A stretch of DNA of 64,000 nt from a virus (taxonomy: Duplodnaviria > Caudoviricetes). Numbering within the stretch: the stretch's first letter is position 1; each line of letters starts with the position of its first letter. Made by a program: the position numbers and the translations under genes. Shown piece after piece: positions 9,279 through 18,656 of this stretch. The stretch is from positions 9,735 through 73,734 of IMG/VR virus record IMGVR_UViG_3300020049_008107; one strand, written 5' to 3'. The notes under the pieces are model-generated. The model searched no databases and had not been told where the DNA came from. It saw nothing but the letters and a program-made list of their open reading frames with translations.

Positions 9279-9895
9279 TAGTTGTTGGTGTTATTCTCCG
9301 AAAGAATGTTATTAAGCCTACTTGCTATTGCTGTAAACTGTGTATTATTATTTGGTACACCAGTTGTTCCAGCTGGACTATTAACCGTTATTGCTTTTAT
9401 TGCATCTATTAGATCACTAAGTATTTGTTTTAGAGTCTCTCCAAGTACCGTTTTTTCTACTGTAGCAGTACCGTTTTTTATTTCAAATTTGGAAGTGGTT
9501 GAATTGTAGATTATTGAGAACGTTCCAGATTCAAATATAACATACTTGTTCAAATCGCCATTTTTAGAAGTGTAGGTTAGTGGATCAAGCCCAATCCACC
9601 TTGCATTAGAATAGTTACCCTCTTTAAAGTAGAATTCTACGTACTGACCAACTTTTACTGGAATAAACGATTGTACTATTGTTGCTGGTCTTGCTGGAAT
9701 CCATGTTAATTTATCATCCTCTTTAGCATTTAACTCTTCAACATAAAGCTTAGCAATCATGTCTTTGTCAATAGCCATTACCTTGCCAGTATAGTGCCTG
9801 TAATAAACAAGCATATCAAAGACTATGGATTCTACAGCAGTAACAAAGTCATCAGGATTGAGCTTGCGTCTTTGACCAACATTTAATTCTGGCAT
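9278..9895 (-). CDS. Baseplate spike, gpV/gp5 OB-fold-like
   Basis: YTGKVMAID...W...FIPVKVGQYVEFYFKEGN..WIG N-terminus; VLGETLKQILSDLIDAIKAITV C-terminus. Confidence 0.65.
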   Translation of the reverse strand: MPELNVGQRRKLNPDDFVTAVESIVFDMLVYYRHYTGKVMAIDKDMIAKLYVEELNAKEDDKLTWIPARPATIVQSFIPVKVGQYVEFYFKEGNYSNARWIGLDPLTYTSKNGDLNKYVIFESGTFSIIYNSTTSKFEIKNGTATVEKTVLGETLKQILSDLIDAIKAITVNSPAGTTGVPNNNTQFTAIASRLNNILSENNTNN

Positions 9896-11292
9896 TATCT
9901 AGCAATCTCCACATTCATCCTATATCCATCAGTGGTTATTGATTGTTCTATTGAAGTAAAATGCCAGAGTGTTTTCTTTATAGTTCCATCATCAGTAGGA
10001 TTTGTGCGGAATTTTTCTGATATTCCACTTGTTTCATCAGGATTTTTGAAATTTCTATTAACAAAAGTATTGGTGCTCTTTATTTGTTTCTTTCTTAAAC
10101 CAAGCCAAACCCTGTCATTAAGATTGAATAGAGGATTTGCTACAACATCAAAAGAACATGTAAAACCTTCCCCTTCGGGATAAGTCGTACACTTTTCTGA
10201 CTTAAAATAAGTTTCATATAGTCCACCAGAACCATACAAATCTTCTGGTGTTGAATCTATTATTTGTTGTACCAATTCGGCTTGAGTACTAACACCCCCC
10301 CTAGCTCCTTCTGCTGTTAATATAGCTTTTACTTTTGGTGCATCAAGTGTATACACATTTACTTCTTCGCCTTTCGAAGCTTTAAAAACAAGCTTACCAT
10401 CAACCATTTCAGCAGTAGAACCAACACCACCGTTATTATTTGTTTGTAATTTGCCACCTATAATATTTGAATTAGTGTTACCATAGTCTAGGTAGTGATA
10501 CTTGCCATCATTATTAGTTTTACCAGTAAAAGTTTTACCATCATTAACATATGACATATCAGTAATTTGTATTTGTGTTATTAGTGGATTAACAGTGCCA
10601 CCATCAGTAATAACAAGTTTTAAATTGTAGCTAATACACATTTGCCTAATAAATGCAACATTACTTATATTGTTTTGTACGAAGTATCTATCATCATTAA
10701 GCACTTTATCTTGTAATGAAAATTTTATAAAAGATTTTGCTCCAATTTCATTACATAGCTTTTTAAACATAGAGCCAAGAGTACCAAAGTTAAAACACCT
10801 CATTTTTGGCTCTGCAAAGTTTTTAGTGCCAATTCTAAGAGTTGTGGTAAATGTAGATATACCGTCTTTTAATTCTATGTCACCAATGTTAGCTATTACA
10901 CAAGTAAAAACACCTCTTGAATAAGTGCCGGTTATTTCATCATCAATGGCTGTTGTAAATCGTGGATTAATCCGCTTTATACCCCACTCAACAAGCAATT
11001 CTTTATATTTTTTATTAAAGAAAACAAAATTGATACCTAGTGGATCAATGATTGATAGGTTAAATGTTGTAGCTTCACCAATTTTTTCAGACACAGAAAA
11101 AGAATTGATAGTCGTACCTAAATCTTTTTCTGTATAAACATTATCAGCAATTATTCGAGATAGATTTTCTGAAGGTGAAGCGTTGCGATTAATTGGTGTT
11201 ACACCCTTAAAACCAATATTGAAATATGGTACAAGATCTGAACCAACAAGTGGTGATATTACATGTTTTTCATTAGAATAACCAAGAATCAT
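9895..11292 (-). CDS. Baseplate hub protein (gpD/gp27-like)
   Basis: 465 aa upstream of the spike; YFVQNNISNVAFIRQMC and LDYG segments as in late-control-D family; synteny. Confidence 0.55.
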   Translation of the reverse strand: MILGYSNEKHVISPLVGSDLVPYFNIGFKGVTPINRNASPSENLSRIIADNVYTEKDLGTTINSFSVSEKIGEATTFNLSIIDPLGINFVFFNKKYKELLVEWGIKRINPRFTTAIDDEITGTYSRGVFTCVIANIGDIELKDGISTFTTTLRIGTKNFAEPKMRCFNFGTLGSMFKKLCNEIGAKSFIKFSLQDKVLNDDRYFVQNNISNVAFIRQMCISYNLKLVITDGGTVNPLITQIQITDMSYVNDGKTFTGKTNNDGKYHYLDYGNTNSNIIGGKLQTNNNGGVGSTAEMVDGKLVFKASKGEEVNVYTLDAPKVKAILTAEGARGGVSTQAELVQQIIDSTPEDLYGSGGLYETYFKSEKCTTYPEGEGFTCSFDVVANPLFNLNDRVWLGLRKKQIKSTNTFVNRNFKNPDETSGISEKFRTNPTDDGTIKKTLWHFTSIEQSITTDGYRMNVEIAR

Positions 11293-11298
11293 ACATAT

Positions 11299-11721
11299 TT
11301 ATTTTAGATATTTCTTTATTGCTGCTAAAAACTTTGGCAAGTCACCATCATCTTTTAGTTTTACAATGGTATCACTATTATATTCATTCCATTTTTTGTT
11401 TATAATTAAAACACCATAACCATCATCTCTTAAACCAAGTTTGTCGGCAGCAAGTTTAATCAAAGTATTATTAGTTTTGTCCATTGTTGGAGTGCCGCCG
11501 ACATTTGGAAAAAGTTTGATTATAACACCACTACTGTCTTTCTTTGGTCTAATGGTAACCGACAAATCTGAGCTATTTAGCTCATCTGTTAGTTCTTTTA
11601 TTTGGGCTTTTATGTCTTTTAGAACATTGTTAATGGCTGTTTGTACGATTTTGCCACCTTCAGCTTTTCTAACTATTCTATTAAGTTGTGATTTTGTGAC
11701 TATATATTTCTTTTCTGTCAT
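11299..11721 (-). CDS. Leader-bearing protein 1 (putative internal head protein)
   Basis: N-terminus MTEKKYIVTKSQLNRIVRKA. Confidence 0.75.
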   Translation of the reverse strand: MTEKKYIVTKSQLNRIVRKAEGGKIVQTAINNVLKDIKAQIKELTDELNSSDLSVTIRPKKDSSGVIIKLFPNVGGTPTMDKTNNTLIKLAADKLGLRDDGYGVLIINKKWNEYNSDTIVKLKDDGDLPKFLAAIKKYLK

Positions 11722-11756
11722 TACCTTTATCTTTACCTAAATAAATATCGAATTTA

Positions 11757-12017
11757 TTACAGAGGTATCATTATATTTTGTAGTTTAAACATTTCAAAGT
11801 TGTATTCTCTAAGTTTAACGGCATTTATCTCCATTAAATTCAAAGATTCAAGCTCTGTACCAAGTAGTTTATATGCTAGATGGTCTATGTCTTTATTTTC
11901 TATTGGAGCAATTAGTTTTTCTCCAGAATATGGAATAAACTTGTGTAGTATCTTTACATCTACTAATTGACCATTTAGATTATACTTTGATGTAGAAACC
12001 CCAGTCCATTCAAGCAT
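11757..12017 (-). CDS. Baseplate LysM/P2 gpX-like protein
   Basis: 86 aa; DIDHLAYKLLG...LMEIN pattern; position between tube initiator and hub. Confidence 0.45.
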   Translation of the reverse strand: MLEWTGVSTSKYNLNGQLVDVKILHKFIPYSGEKLIAPIENKDIDHLAYKLLGTELESLNLMEINAVKLREYNFEMFKLQNIMIPL

Positions 12018-12022
12018 GTCTT

Positions 12023-12030
12023 TAAATAAC
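12023..12030 (-). promoter_or_regulatory. Putative late promoter GTTATTTA, 5 nt before ATG
   Basis: Fixed-spacing motif. Confidence 0.6.
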
Positions 12031-12075
12031 TATTTGGCGTATTTCTTGTTTATACCATAAACTAGCCCAATCCCA

Positions 12076-12465
12076 TTATTTTACCAAAATACCCATTTCT
12101 TTACCGTTTGGAATTCTTTTTTTTGTAAAAATGTCTAGGGCAGTTTCAATTTGTTTTTTATCCCAGTTTTTCCAGCGACTTTCTTTGACAAAAAAATCCT
12201 TTATTAGTTCATAAGCCCAGCCATCATCCTCTTTTATATCTTCTGGCGAATATCCTTCCATATCTTCATCGTTTGGATCATAACCATTAACAATCGATAA
12301 CCAATTAGCCCATTGAGAATGTGAACCTATTGTCTTATCAAATATTTTAAAGAAATCTGGAGATTTTGTTATTTTTTCTAATTTTGCTTTATTTTTTGTG
12401 TCTTCATTAGCTTTCCTAACAATTCTTTGTAATTGACTTTTTGTAACTATAAATTTTTTTTCCAT
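12076..12465 (-). CDS. Leader-bearing protein 2 (putative internal head protein)
   Basis: N-terminus MEKKFIVTKSQLQRIVRKA. Confidence 0.75.
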   Translation of the reverse strand: MEKKFIVTKSQLQRIVRKANEDTKNKAKLEKITKSPDFFKIFDKTIGSHSQWANWLSIVNGYDPNDEDMEGYSPEDIKEDDGWAYELIKDFFVKESRWKNWDKKQIETALDIFTKKRIPNGKEMGILVK

Positions 12466-12498
12466 TAGTATATTACCATCATTTAAATAATATCAAGA

Positions 12499-13098
12499 TT
12501 AATACGGTCTGTTACCTTTTGGTTTAAATGTTTGTTGTGTGCCTTGAACAAATCCAGCAATAGAACCAACTTTCCTTGCAATTATCCAAGCCCTATACAA
12601 AGCAGAATTCTCATCAAGAGTTAATTCCATATCAACCATTGTATAGGCAGCTAAACCAATCTTTGACGTTAATCTAGTGTCATTATCAAATGAACATTTG
12701 GTTACCCAATATCTAAGTGGGGTTCTGTGTGTTCCCCAATTGTATATTACTGAAGGATTAGTACGAAATTGACTACTTGGTTGCAATAGTTTAAGCAAAC
12801 TTGGTGAATCTTGATTGCGCAAGTTTTCAAATTGTGAAAGTTGTAGTGAGTTACCAGCAGCAGTTAAACGGTTAATAATTGGTAGTTGGAAGGACAACTT
12901 TGCAGAACCATTTCTATTAGGTTGAAGAGGAGTATAATTAAGTCCTGGTACTGTAATGTCTGCGAATAATACATCTTTTGTATCAGACACTTTTAATGGG
13001 ATGGTGCGTGAAGTTATAAAAAGATTGTTGGTGTCATCCCATATCCACCAATTTGTATATTTAAGACCTTGAACTGCTTTTAGATTAAATCCAGGCAT
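12499..13098 (-). CDS. Tail tube initiator/baseplate protein
   Basis: Directly after tape measure; PSVIYNWG...WVTKCSF pattern. Confidence 0.45.
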   Translation of the reverse strand: MPGFNLKAVQGLKYTNWWIWDDTNNLFITSRTIPLKVSDTKDVLFADITVPGLNYTPLQPNRNGSAKLSFQLPIINRLTAAGNSLQLSQFENLRNQDSPSLLKLLQPSSQFRTNPSVIYNWGTHRTPLRYWVTKCSFDNDTRLTSKIGLAAYTMVDMELTLDENSALYRAWIIARKVGSIAGFVQGTQQTFKPKGNRPY

Positions 13099-14657
13099 TA
13101 GTTACCGCGTTTTGTAGATGTTATATTTTGTACGTCTTTAAAACCCTGTTTTTGTTTATTTGCTACTTCATTAGATACACCCTTTGGATCAGAGCTATTA
13201 ATATTAAAGTTTTGTTGTACGTTTACTGGTGCATTGCCACTAGAACCACCACCACCATAATTACCACCACCACCAACTGGAGAAGTAATGGGTTGTGGAG
13301 AACCACCAAATACTTCTATACCTTTAGCTACAGCCTTGCCTAATGGAGTTTGTTTAAATTCATTCCACCATTGATTTAGTTTTTCTTCAATGGCATGCTT
13401 TATTGAAGAACCTATGCCAACAACAAAATTAACAAATTGAGTCCATATACTTTTTATTTTTGCTATCATTGAATTCCATTCAGTAACCACACCACTAAAC
13501 AGATTAGAACCGAAATTAAATATTCCATCGAAAATCCCTTTTCCCTTACCTCTAACCATAGTAAATAGAGCGTTTGCTTTATTCCATATCTTATCAAATG
13601 CACCAATTAAAAATCCGGTTACTGTGTCCCAATTTTGCCATAATAATATTGGGATTGCTAAAAATGGAGCAAAAATAGCTATACCAAATAACGCCCATTT
13701 CTTCCATTTATTCCAGAAAGTTTGTAAAAATGTTGTTATTCTAGTCCAATTCTTAATAAGCAATACTATGCCAGCAACAAGAGCCATCACACCAAGTACA
13801 ACCCAAGTTATGGGATTTGCTAGTAGTGCTACAGTAAAGCCAATCACCGCTGTTATGGCAGCACCAATAGCAGGAACTAAAGCCGACAATAAAGCAGAGG
13901 CTAAGAATGTTATGCCACCAGCAGCTAAAGCCTGTGTTAATACATCAAATTCTTCTATTGCTTTCATTGGATCATTAAAAAAAGCAGCTATGAAACTAAC
14001 TACTCGACCGAATTCTTCAAATATAGGGAATATAACATTTTTGAATGCCCATATTACTGCATCAGCAAGTACATCCATTACATCCTCAAGTAGCATTGAT
14101 ATAAAAGTAAAAACAAAAAATACCTTGAGTAATACCAAATTCAAGTAGTCAATAAACCCACCAATACTAGCTTTACCACCAGTAATTGCAGTCCATACCT
14201 TATTGAAACCACCAATTAGAGCATTTACAAGAGTAGTACCTATTGAATATATAGCCCTAAAAACATTCGCTATTACAGAGCCAATCTTAACAAATGCTGC
14301 CCTATTATCACGTACAAAATTCATCATCTGAACCAATATTGGAAGTATGAATTTGCGAATAGGTTGCGCAATATTTTGAATAATTGTTTCTTTCATCTGA
14401 CCAAAAACTTGGTCAATCTCTGGAATAGCTTGGTGTATAGAACCTAATAAACTACCAGCCATGTTAACCATAGCCATTTGTTTCATTATACCAAGTAAAT
14501 TGGTTAATGGTTTATGGCTACCACTAACTATATCATTCATCTTAGTAGCACCAGATACAATCGCACCAGTAGTATTAGTGAATGCCATATTAAGAAATTT
14601 AAGCGAATTTACAGCTAGGTTAGTTGGTAATAATAGTTCTATACCAACACGTTCCAT
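13098..14657 (-). CDS. Tail tape measure protein
   Basis: 519 aa helical, hydrophobic LLANPITWVVLGVMALVAGIVLLIKNW-type repeats, Gly-rich C-terminus with NFNIN; synteny. Confidence 0.75.
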   Translation of the reverse strand: MERVGIELLLPTNLAVNSLKFLNMAFTNTTGAIVSGATKMNDIVSGSHKPLTNLLGIMKQMAMVNMAGSLLGSIHQAIPEIDQVFGQMKETIIQNIAQPIRKFILPILVQMMNFVRDNRAAFVKIGSVIANVFRAIYSIGTTLVNALIGGFNKVWTAITGGKASIGGFIDYLNLVLLKVFFVFTFISMLLEDVMDVLADAVIWAFKNVIFPIFEEFGRVVSFIAAFFNDPMKAIEEFDVLTQALAAGGITFLASALLSALVPAIGAAITAVIGFTVALLANPITWVVLGVMALVAGIVLLIKNWTRITTFLQTFWNKWKKWALFGIAIFAPFLAIPILLWQNWDTVTGFLIGAFDKIWNKANALFTMVRGKGKGIFDGIFNFGSNLFSGVVTEWNSMIAKIKSIWTQFVNFVVGIGSSIKHAIEEKLNQWWNEFKQTPLGKAVAKGIEVFGGSPQPITSPVGGGGNYGGGGSSGNAPVNVQQNFNINSSDPKGVSNEVANKQKQGFKDVQNITSTKRGN

Positions 14658-15128
14658 CTATTTTTGCTCCAAAATACCTAAGAAGTCAGGAGAAATTAAA
14701 GTGTCATGAGTAGCCTTACTAATTCCTTGTGGTAAACAATCTAAATGAAACCAGCCATAGTTTCTCATTTCATCAGTGTGTTTCATTCCTTCTGGTAAAT
14801 CACTTAGATTAATAATATAGATATGAATATTGTCGCCATTTGGTTTGCGGAATGAATAGCTACCTAATATATCAGTTGCAGCATTTATAGCATCAAGATC
14901 AATACCAGATTCTTCTTCCACTTCACGTTTAAGAGTGTCTTCTATATCTTCACCAACAATAGCATGCCCACCAGCTACAGCCCACGAATCGTCATCTGAT
15001 CTTTGAGCAAGCAATAATAAACCTTTATAGAAGATATAAGCAAATGCACAATTCTTTGAATCTGGTCTATAAGCAGAAAACTGCTTAACTGTTTCTTGTA
15101 GGTCTTTCCTAGCTTGATCTCTACCCAT
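14658..15128 (-). CDS. Nudix hydrolase
   Basis: Complete Nudix box GHAIVGEDIEDTLKREVEEESGI (Gx5Ex7REUxEExGU). Confidence 0.85.
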   Translation of the reverse strand: MGRDQARKDLQETVKQFSAYRPDSKNCAFAYIFYKGLLLLAQRSDDDSWAVAGGHAIVGEDIEDTLKREVEEESGIDLDAINAATDILGSYSFRKPNGDNIHIYIINLSDLPEGMKHTDEMRNYGWFHLDCLPQGISKATHDTLISPDFLGILEQK

Positions 15129-15133
15129 AGTAA

Positions 15134-15146
15134 TAAATAACCGATA
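15134..15146 (-). promoter_or_regulatory. Putative late promoter TATCGGTTATTTA, 5 nt before ATG
   Basis: The same 13-mer occurs at 18391, 21358 and 23476. Confidence 0.65.
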
Positions 15147-15249
15147 GTAAAAATGAACTATGGCAGAGATAATGCAATAGACCTATCGAATCAGTAATGA
15201 TAGCGAGGACTATGTACCTAAATGGTCACTTTAATTAGTTAGTTCAATT

Positions 15250-15336
15250 TGGATTGTGGTGAAAATGGGTATACACGGAAGGCTAATGCTGTTCTCTGAG
15301 AAATCGGTTGTGAAGTTCGAATCTTTACCAATCCAA
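15250..15336 (+). tRNA. Class II (Leu-like) tRNA-like gene with imperfect anticodon arm
   Basis: TGGATTG/CAATCCA acceptor stem, Leu-type D-arm GTG...GGGTATACAC, variable arm CTGA-GAAA-TCGG, T-loop TTCGAAT; anticodon stem mismatched, no encoded CCA. Confidence 0.5.
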
Positions 15337-15354
15337 ATTTTATAAAGGTATAAT

Positions 15355-15660
15355 ATGATTGAACAAATAATCTTCTCAATGCAGAAAATTAAAAGTGCTC
15401 TTATAAAGAGTGAATTTGATAAATATACTGCTAATGGTATTATAAAAAATCAGCGCCAGTCATACTTAATAGAAGACAACGACATTACATATATCATTTG
15501 CAATTTATTACCAATTGCAGAGATACAACTTGTTAATTATGGTGCTGGTAAAATGTCATTTTTTACAGAGACATATATACCAGAACGACAAGTAGAGATG
15601 AAAGAAAAATTAAAGCTATTAATAAAAGATTATACGCCAATACAGGACTATTCAATATGA
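15355..15660 (+). CDS. Hypothetical protein
   Basis: 101 aa, AAGG upstream, coupled plus-strand island. Confidence 0.65.
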   Translation: MIEQIIFSMQKIKSALIKSEFDKYTANGIIKNQRQSYLIEDNDITYIICNLLPIAEIQLVNYGAGKMSFFTETYIPERQVEMKEKLKLLIKDYTPIQDYSI

Positions 15661-15989
15661 TATCAAAAGAAGAATTTAAGGATAGAATTAAGAAAGGCAA
15701 GATTAAGAGCATAAAAGCTCTTAAATACCCATATCAAGAAGGCATTATACTTCGTTGGACGTTATATGGTCTTGGTGGGGTTTTTGAAATGAACAACCTC
15801 GCTGGTGAATTCTGTAATGCTAAATGCAAGTTGTGTGTTAGCGTAGACAAGGCATATGACCTTATTGTAACCGGATTCTTTGAGTGTACTCAGAAATTGC
15901 CAGAAAAAGAGAGGCAGATAGTTAGAGATGATTACCAAAAAGCAAGAATGTCAGTTCAAGTTAATCATACTCAAAGGAAATACTTATGA
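15657..15989 (+). CDS. Hypothetical protein
   Basis: 110 aa, ATGA overlap. Confidence 0.65.
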   Translation: MISKEEFKDRIKKGKIKSIKALKYPYQEGIILRWTLYGLGGVFEMNNLAGEFCNAKCKLCVSVDKAYDLIVTGFFECTQKLPEKERQIVRDDYQKARMSVQVNHTQRKYL

Positions 15990-16315
15990 GTGCTGAATCT
16001 TGGAAAGGCGAGTTTTACTTTATTGAAGCAGAAGAATTGGCTAAAGACCAATATACCGACTTGGATAGACTACAGCATGCAGAATTGAAATGGAGTGGCT
16101 TTTTACCTGAAAACCTAGCCAAGCATAACCTAATTAAACCACCAATTACTTTAGAAGCTGAAACCTGTTCTCTATGCTGCAGGTATTTATGTTTGGCTTG
16201 TGTTGTAAAAAAGGTTACTGGTGAATCATGCATTCAAGAGTATGAAAAATCGCAAACTGGTAACCCAGTATTCATTCTAGATTTAATAAAGAAGGTAAGA
16301 GATGGGATCACATAA
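15986..16315 (+). CDS. Hypothetical Cys-rich protein
   Basis: 109 aa, CSLCC..CLAC; ATGA overlap. Confidence 0.65.
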   Translation: MSAESWKGEFYFIEAEELAKDQYTDLDRLQHAELKWSGFLPENLAKHNLIKPPITLEAETCSLCCRYLCLACVVKKVTGESCIQEYEKSQTGNPVFILDLIKKVRDGIT

Positions 16316-16589
16316 AACAACTAAGAACCAAATGCTTAAATTGCATTCTGCCTTAATTAAATCATTAGCAAGTGTATTACTAGAACCATTCAACCATTTG
16401 AAAGTTGATATAACATTTAGTAATAATGACAAATGTACCATTGAAATACAATGGCATACCAAAAACAACTGTACTTTTAAAAGTGTTTATCAGTTTTATT
16501 CTTATGATGAAAACAAAGACTTTCTAGACAGAATTGTAAAAACGATATACATTTGTAATTTCGAAGAGTTTAAAAATCTTAAGTATTGA
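16302..16589 (+). CDS. Hypothetical protein
   Basis: 95 aa, coupled. Confidence 0.6.
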   Translation: MGSHKTTKNQMLKLHSALIKSLASVLLEPFNHLKVDITFSNNDKCTIEIQWHTKNNCTFKSVYQFYSYDENKDFLDRIVKTIYICNFEEFKNLKY

Positions 16590-16599
16590 GGTAAAAATT

Positions 16600-16893
16600 A
16601 TGACTGGATTTGATGATTTATTAGCAGAAGAAAAAAGGAAATGGGTGAAACAGCATAGAAGTGAAAATAAGGGGATGTCTACAATATCCGCACTCATCAT
16701 CACATTCATACTAATGATTGTTTTGGTAAAAGCCGTGTTTATCTTCATAGAACCAAAAATCGAAGGTGTTACTGAGTATTGGGATGAAACTAAACATCCA
16801 AATGGAGTTATTACTAGAGAAAGGAAATATATGATCACCCCAAAATCTGGTGGTATCATTCTTAAAAAAGGTATTGATAATGGAAAACCTTAA
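16600..16893 (+). CDS. Hypothetical membrane protein
   Basis: 97 aa with one hydrophobic helix; GAGG upstream. Confidence 0.6.
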   Translation: MTGFDDLLAEEKRKWVKQHRSENKGMSTISALIITFILMIVLVKAVFIFIEPKIEGVTEYWDETKHPNGVITRERKYMITPKSGGIILKKGIDNGKP

Positions 16894-17305
16894 AGAATAC
16901 TACGAATTGTGCAAAACAATTAATCCCAAGACATTCAACTATGGTCGGTGGGAAGTTAATGACAATTGTGGTACTATTGGTTGTTTGTGGGGACATGCTC
17001 CAATTCTATTACCAGACAAAATATTCAGATTTAAAGTAAATACAACAACAAGGTTGATTTCTACAAAGAGTTACTACGAAAGTAAGGTAATATGGTCACA
17101 TAACAATCTTGGTGCTATTTATGAATATTTTAACCCAATTACTAAAAATGAGGAGTTTGCTTTGAATGCAATATTCCTTGGAGATGGAAATTACATCAAT
17201 GGTAGATTAATTGAAGCTATACCATCTGATGTAATGCAATCATATAACTTAGAATATGCACTTGATAGATTTGCTGAAGTGCTTAATATTCTGGGTTTGG
17301 ATTAG
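16880..17305 (+). CDS. Hypothetical protein
   Basis: Likely start MENLKEY at 16880; GTIGCLWGH motif. Confidence 0.6.
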   Translation: MENLKEYYELCKTINPKTFNYGRWEVNDNCGTIGCLWGHAPILLPDKIFRFKVNTTTRLISTKSYYESKVIWSHNNLGAIYEYFNPITKNEEFALNAIFLGDGNYINGRLIEAIPSDVMQSYNLEYALDRFAEVLNILGLD

Positions 17306-17597
17306 TATATTTGTTGGATTGACTTGATTGTTTCCTTTGCCATTCGGCAACTTGCAATGTTAGTTCATGATATTCATCAAATGGAAGTTTCAAAAGGTCT
17401 TGGTAGGTTAATGCGCCTTTTGTCATTTCCATTATTGCAAGGGCTTCTTGATAAAATACTTCCTTGTTAAAATCAACAAATCTTAAACAGTCTATTATGT
17501 GAAACCAGGATAAAATCTTACCCTTAGTTTCAAGGTTCTTATACCAAGTTAGCTCTTCCCCACTCCTAATTGAGAGCGAAGAGCGTAAACGAAAAAA
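17283..17597 (-). CDS. Minus-1 frameshift extension of the tail chaperone (gpGT-like)
   Basis: Slippery T TTT TTC at 17597-17591; the -1 frame is open about 100 codons to TAA at 17285-17283. Confidence 0.7.
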   Translation of the reverse strand, partial: FFRLRSSLSIRSGEELTWYKNLETKGKILSWFHIIDCLRFVDFNKEVFYQEALAIMEMTKGALTYQDLLKLPFDEYHELTLQVAEWQRKQSSQSNKYTNPNPEY

Positions 17598-18385
17598 GAT
17601 GTAAAATCAAGAGCAGCTTCCCAATGTTTACCGCAAGATGGACATACTATTTCAATGAATGGATAAACACCAAATCTACGCAAACCAACGGTTATCTGTT
17701 GCATATATCTGTAGTCATTGTATTTCACTAAATCATAAGGATAACGATTCTTAATTGTTTGAATGTCTTGTAGTCTGTCATCGATGGAAACTACTGAAGC
17801 ACCAACTATTAATTCATGGTAAAGCTTGCGAAGTCTAGAACCGGTACTTGTAAGAGATGAGTCATTTTCTATCATTATCAAATCACCAATAGTTGGATCA
17901 CGAAATGTAATAGAACTTACTTCTGCAGCAATCTCATCTCTATGTTTAAGCTCAATTTCATCGCCTTTATCAAAAGTAAGAGTAAACCAATCTGTTTGAT
18001 AGTCAGCACTTTCAGCATAATGAACTGGAAGTTTATCAACATCATCTCTTGAATCAAAATCTCTTGATTCTTCATGAATTACTTTATTACCACAGCCATT
18101 TCTAGGGCATGGGTACAACCCCTCAACGAGTGTTGGAAGTTTGTATAGTTTGAATAATTCCTTGGCTATGTATTCGGCAGAAACTAATGGTAGATTTTTT
18201 AGATCAGACAGCGATGGTTTCGTGTCCTCAATGGAATTAATACCACCATGCATTAGCGATAGTAAAGCTTGAGCATATTTGCCCTGTTCTGCTTTCTCAT
18301 AAATGTTGAGGATTGTGTCCGAATCTGGTTTTTTAATTTCAACTTGTCGTTTGTTCTGTAAAGAAATGGGCATTTTTAATATCAT
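17549..18385 (-). CDS. Tail assembly chaperone (lambda gpG-like role) with CxxC motifs
   Basis: Between tube and tape measure; CPRNGC and CPSCG; start reassigned to ATG 18385 by the late motif. Confidence 0.6.
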   Translation of the reverse strand: MILKMPISLQNKRQVEIKKPDSDTILNIYEKAEQGKYAQALLSLMHGGINSIEDTKPSLSDLKNLPLVSAEYIAKELFKLYKLPTLVEGLYPCPRNGCGNKVIHEESRDFDSRDDVDKLPVHYAESADYQTDWFTLTFDKGDEIELKHRDEIAAEVSSITFRDPTIGDLIMIENDSSLTSTGSRLRKLYHELIVGASVVSIDDRLQDIQTIKNRYPYDLVKYNDYRYMQQITVGLRRFGVYPFIEIVCPSCGKHWEAALDFTSFFVYALRSQLGVGKS

Positions 18386-18390
18386 AACAA

Positions 18391-18403
18391 TAAATAACCG
18401 ATA
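18391..18403 (-). promoter_or_regulatory. Putative late promoter TATCGGTTATTTA, 5 nt before ATG
   Basis: Fixed-spacing motif. Confidence 0.65.
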
Positions 18404-18417
18404 TGAAAGCCTAAAAC

Positions 18418-18486
18418 GTGCTTGACAAGGAAAGGGGTATCTGTTATAATGACAATAGAAGGTATTACTGATACCTCGATAAAAAA
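18418..18486 (+). promoter_or_regulatory. Early sigma70-type promoter cassette, copy B
   Basis: TTGACA (18422-18427)-17 bp-TATAAT (18445-18450) with TGn extension; downstream hairpin and CGATAAAA. Confidence 0.85.
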
Positions 18487-18500
18487 TAAAGGAACAAACA

Positions 18501-18656
18501 ATGAAAGATAACAAAATATGGATGGTAGTGGTTGATTTTGGTGATTGTACTTCAGTTTATGGTAAATACAATAAAAAAGAAGCTTTATTGAAATATGATG
18601 AAGCAAAGAAATATAAATCAGCAGTTGAAGTTAATTTGGTTAAGGTGGTAAAATAA
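18501..18656 (+). CDS. Small hypothetical protein (51 aa)
   Basis: Manual: MKDNKIWMVVVDFG...; AAGGAACAAACA leader after promoter B. Confidence 0.6.
   Translation: MKDNKIWMVVVDFGDCTSVYGKYNKKEALLKYDEAKKYKSAVEVNLVKVVK

Noticed and set aside
13240-13300. CCA/CCACCA tandem repeats
   Set aside because: They simply encode the Gly-rich linker at the tape measure C-terminus.
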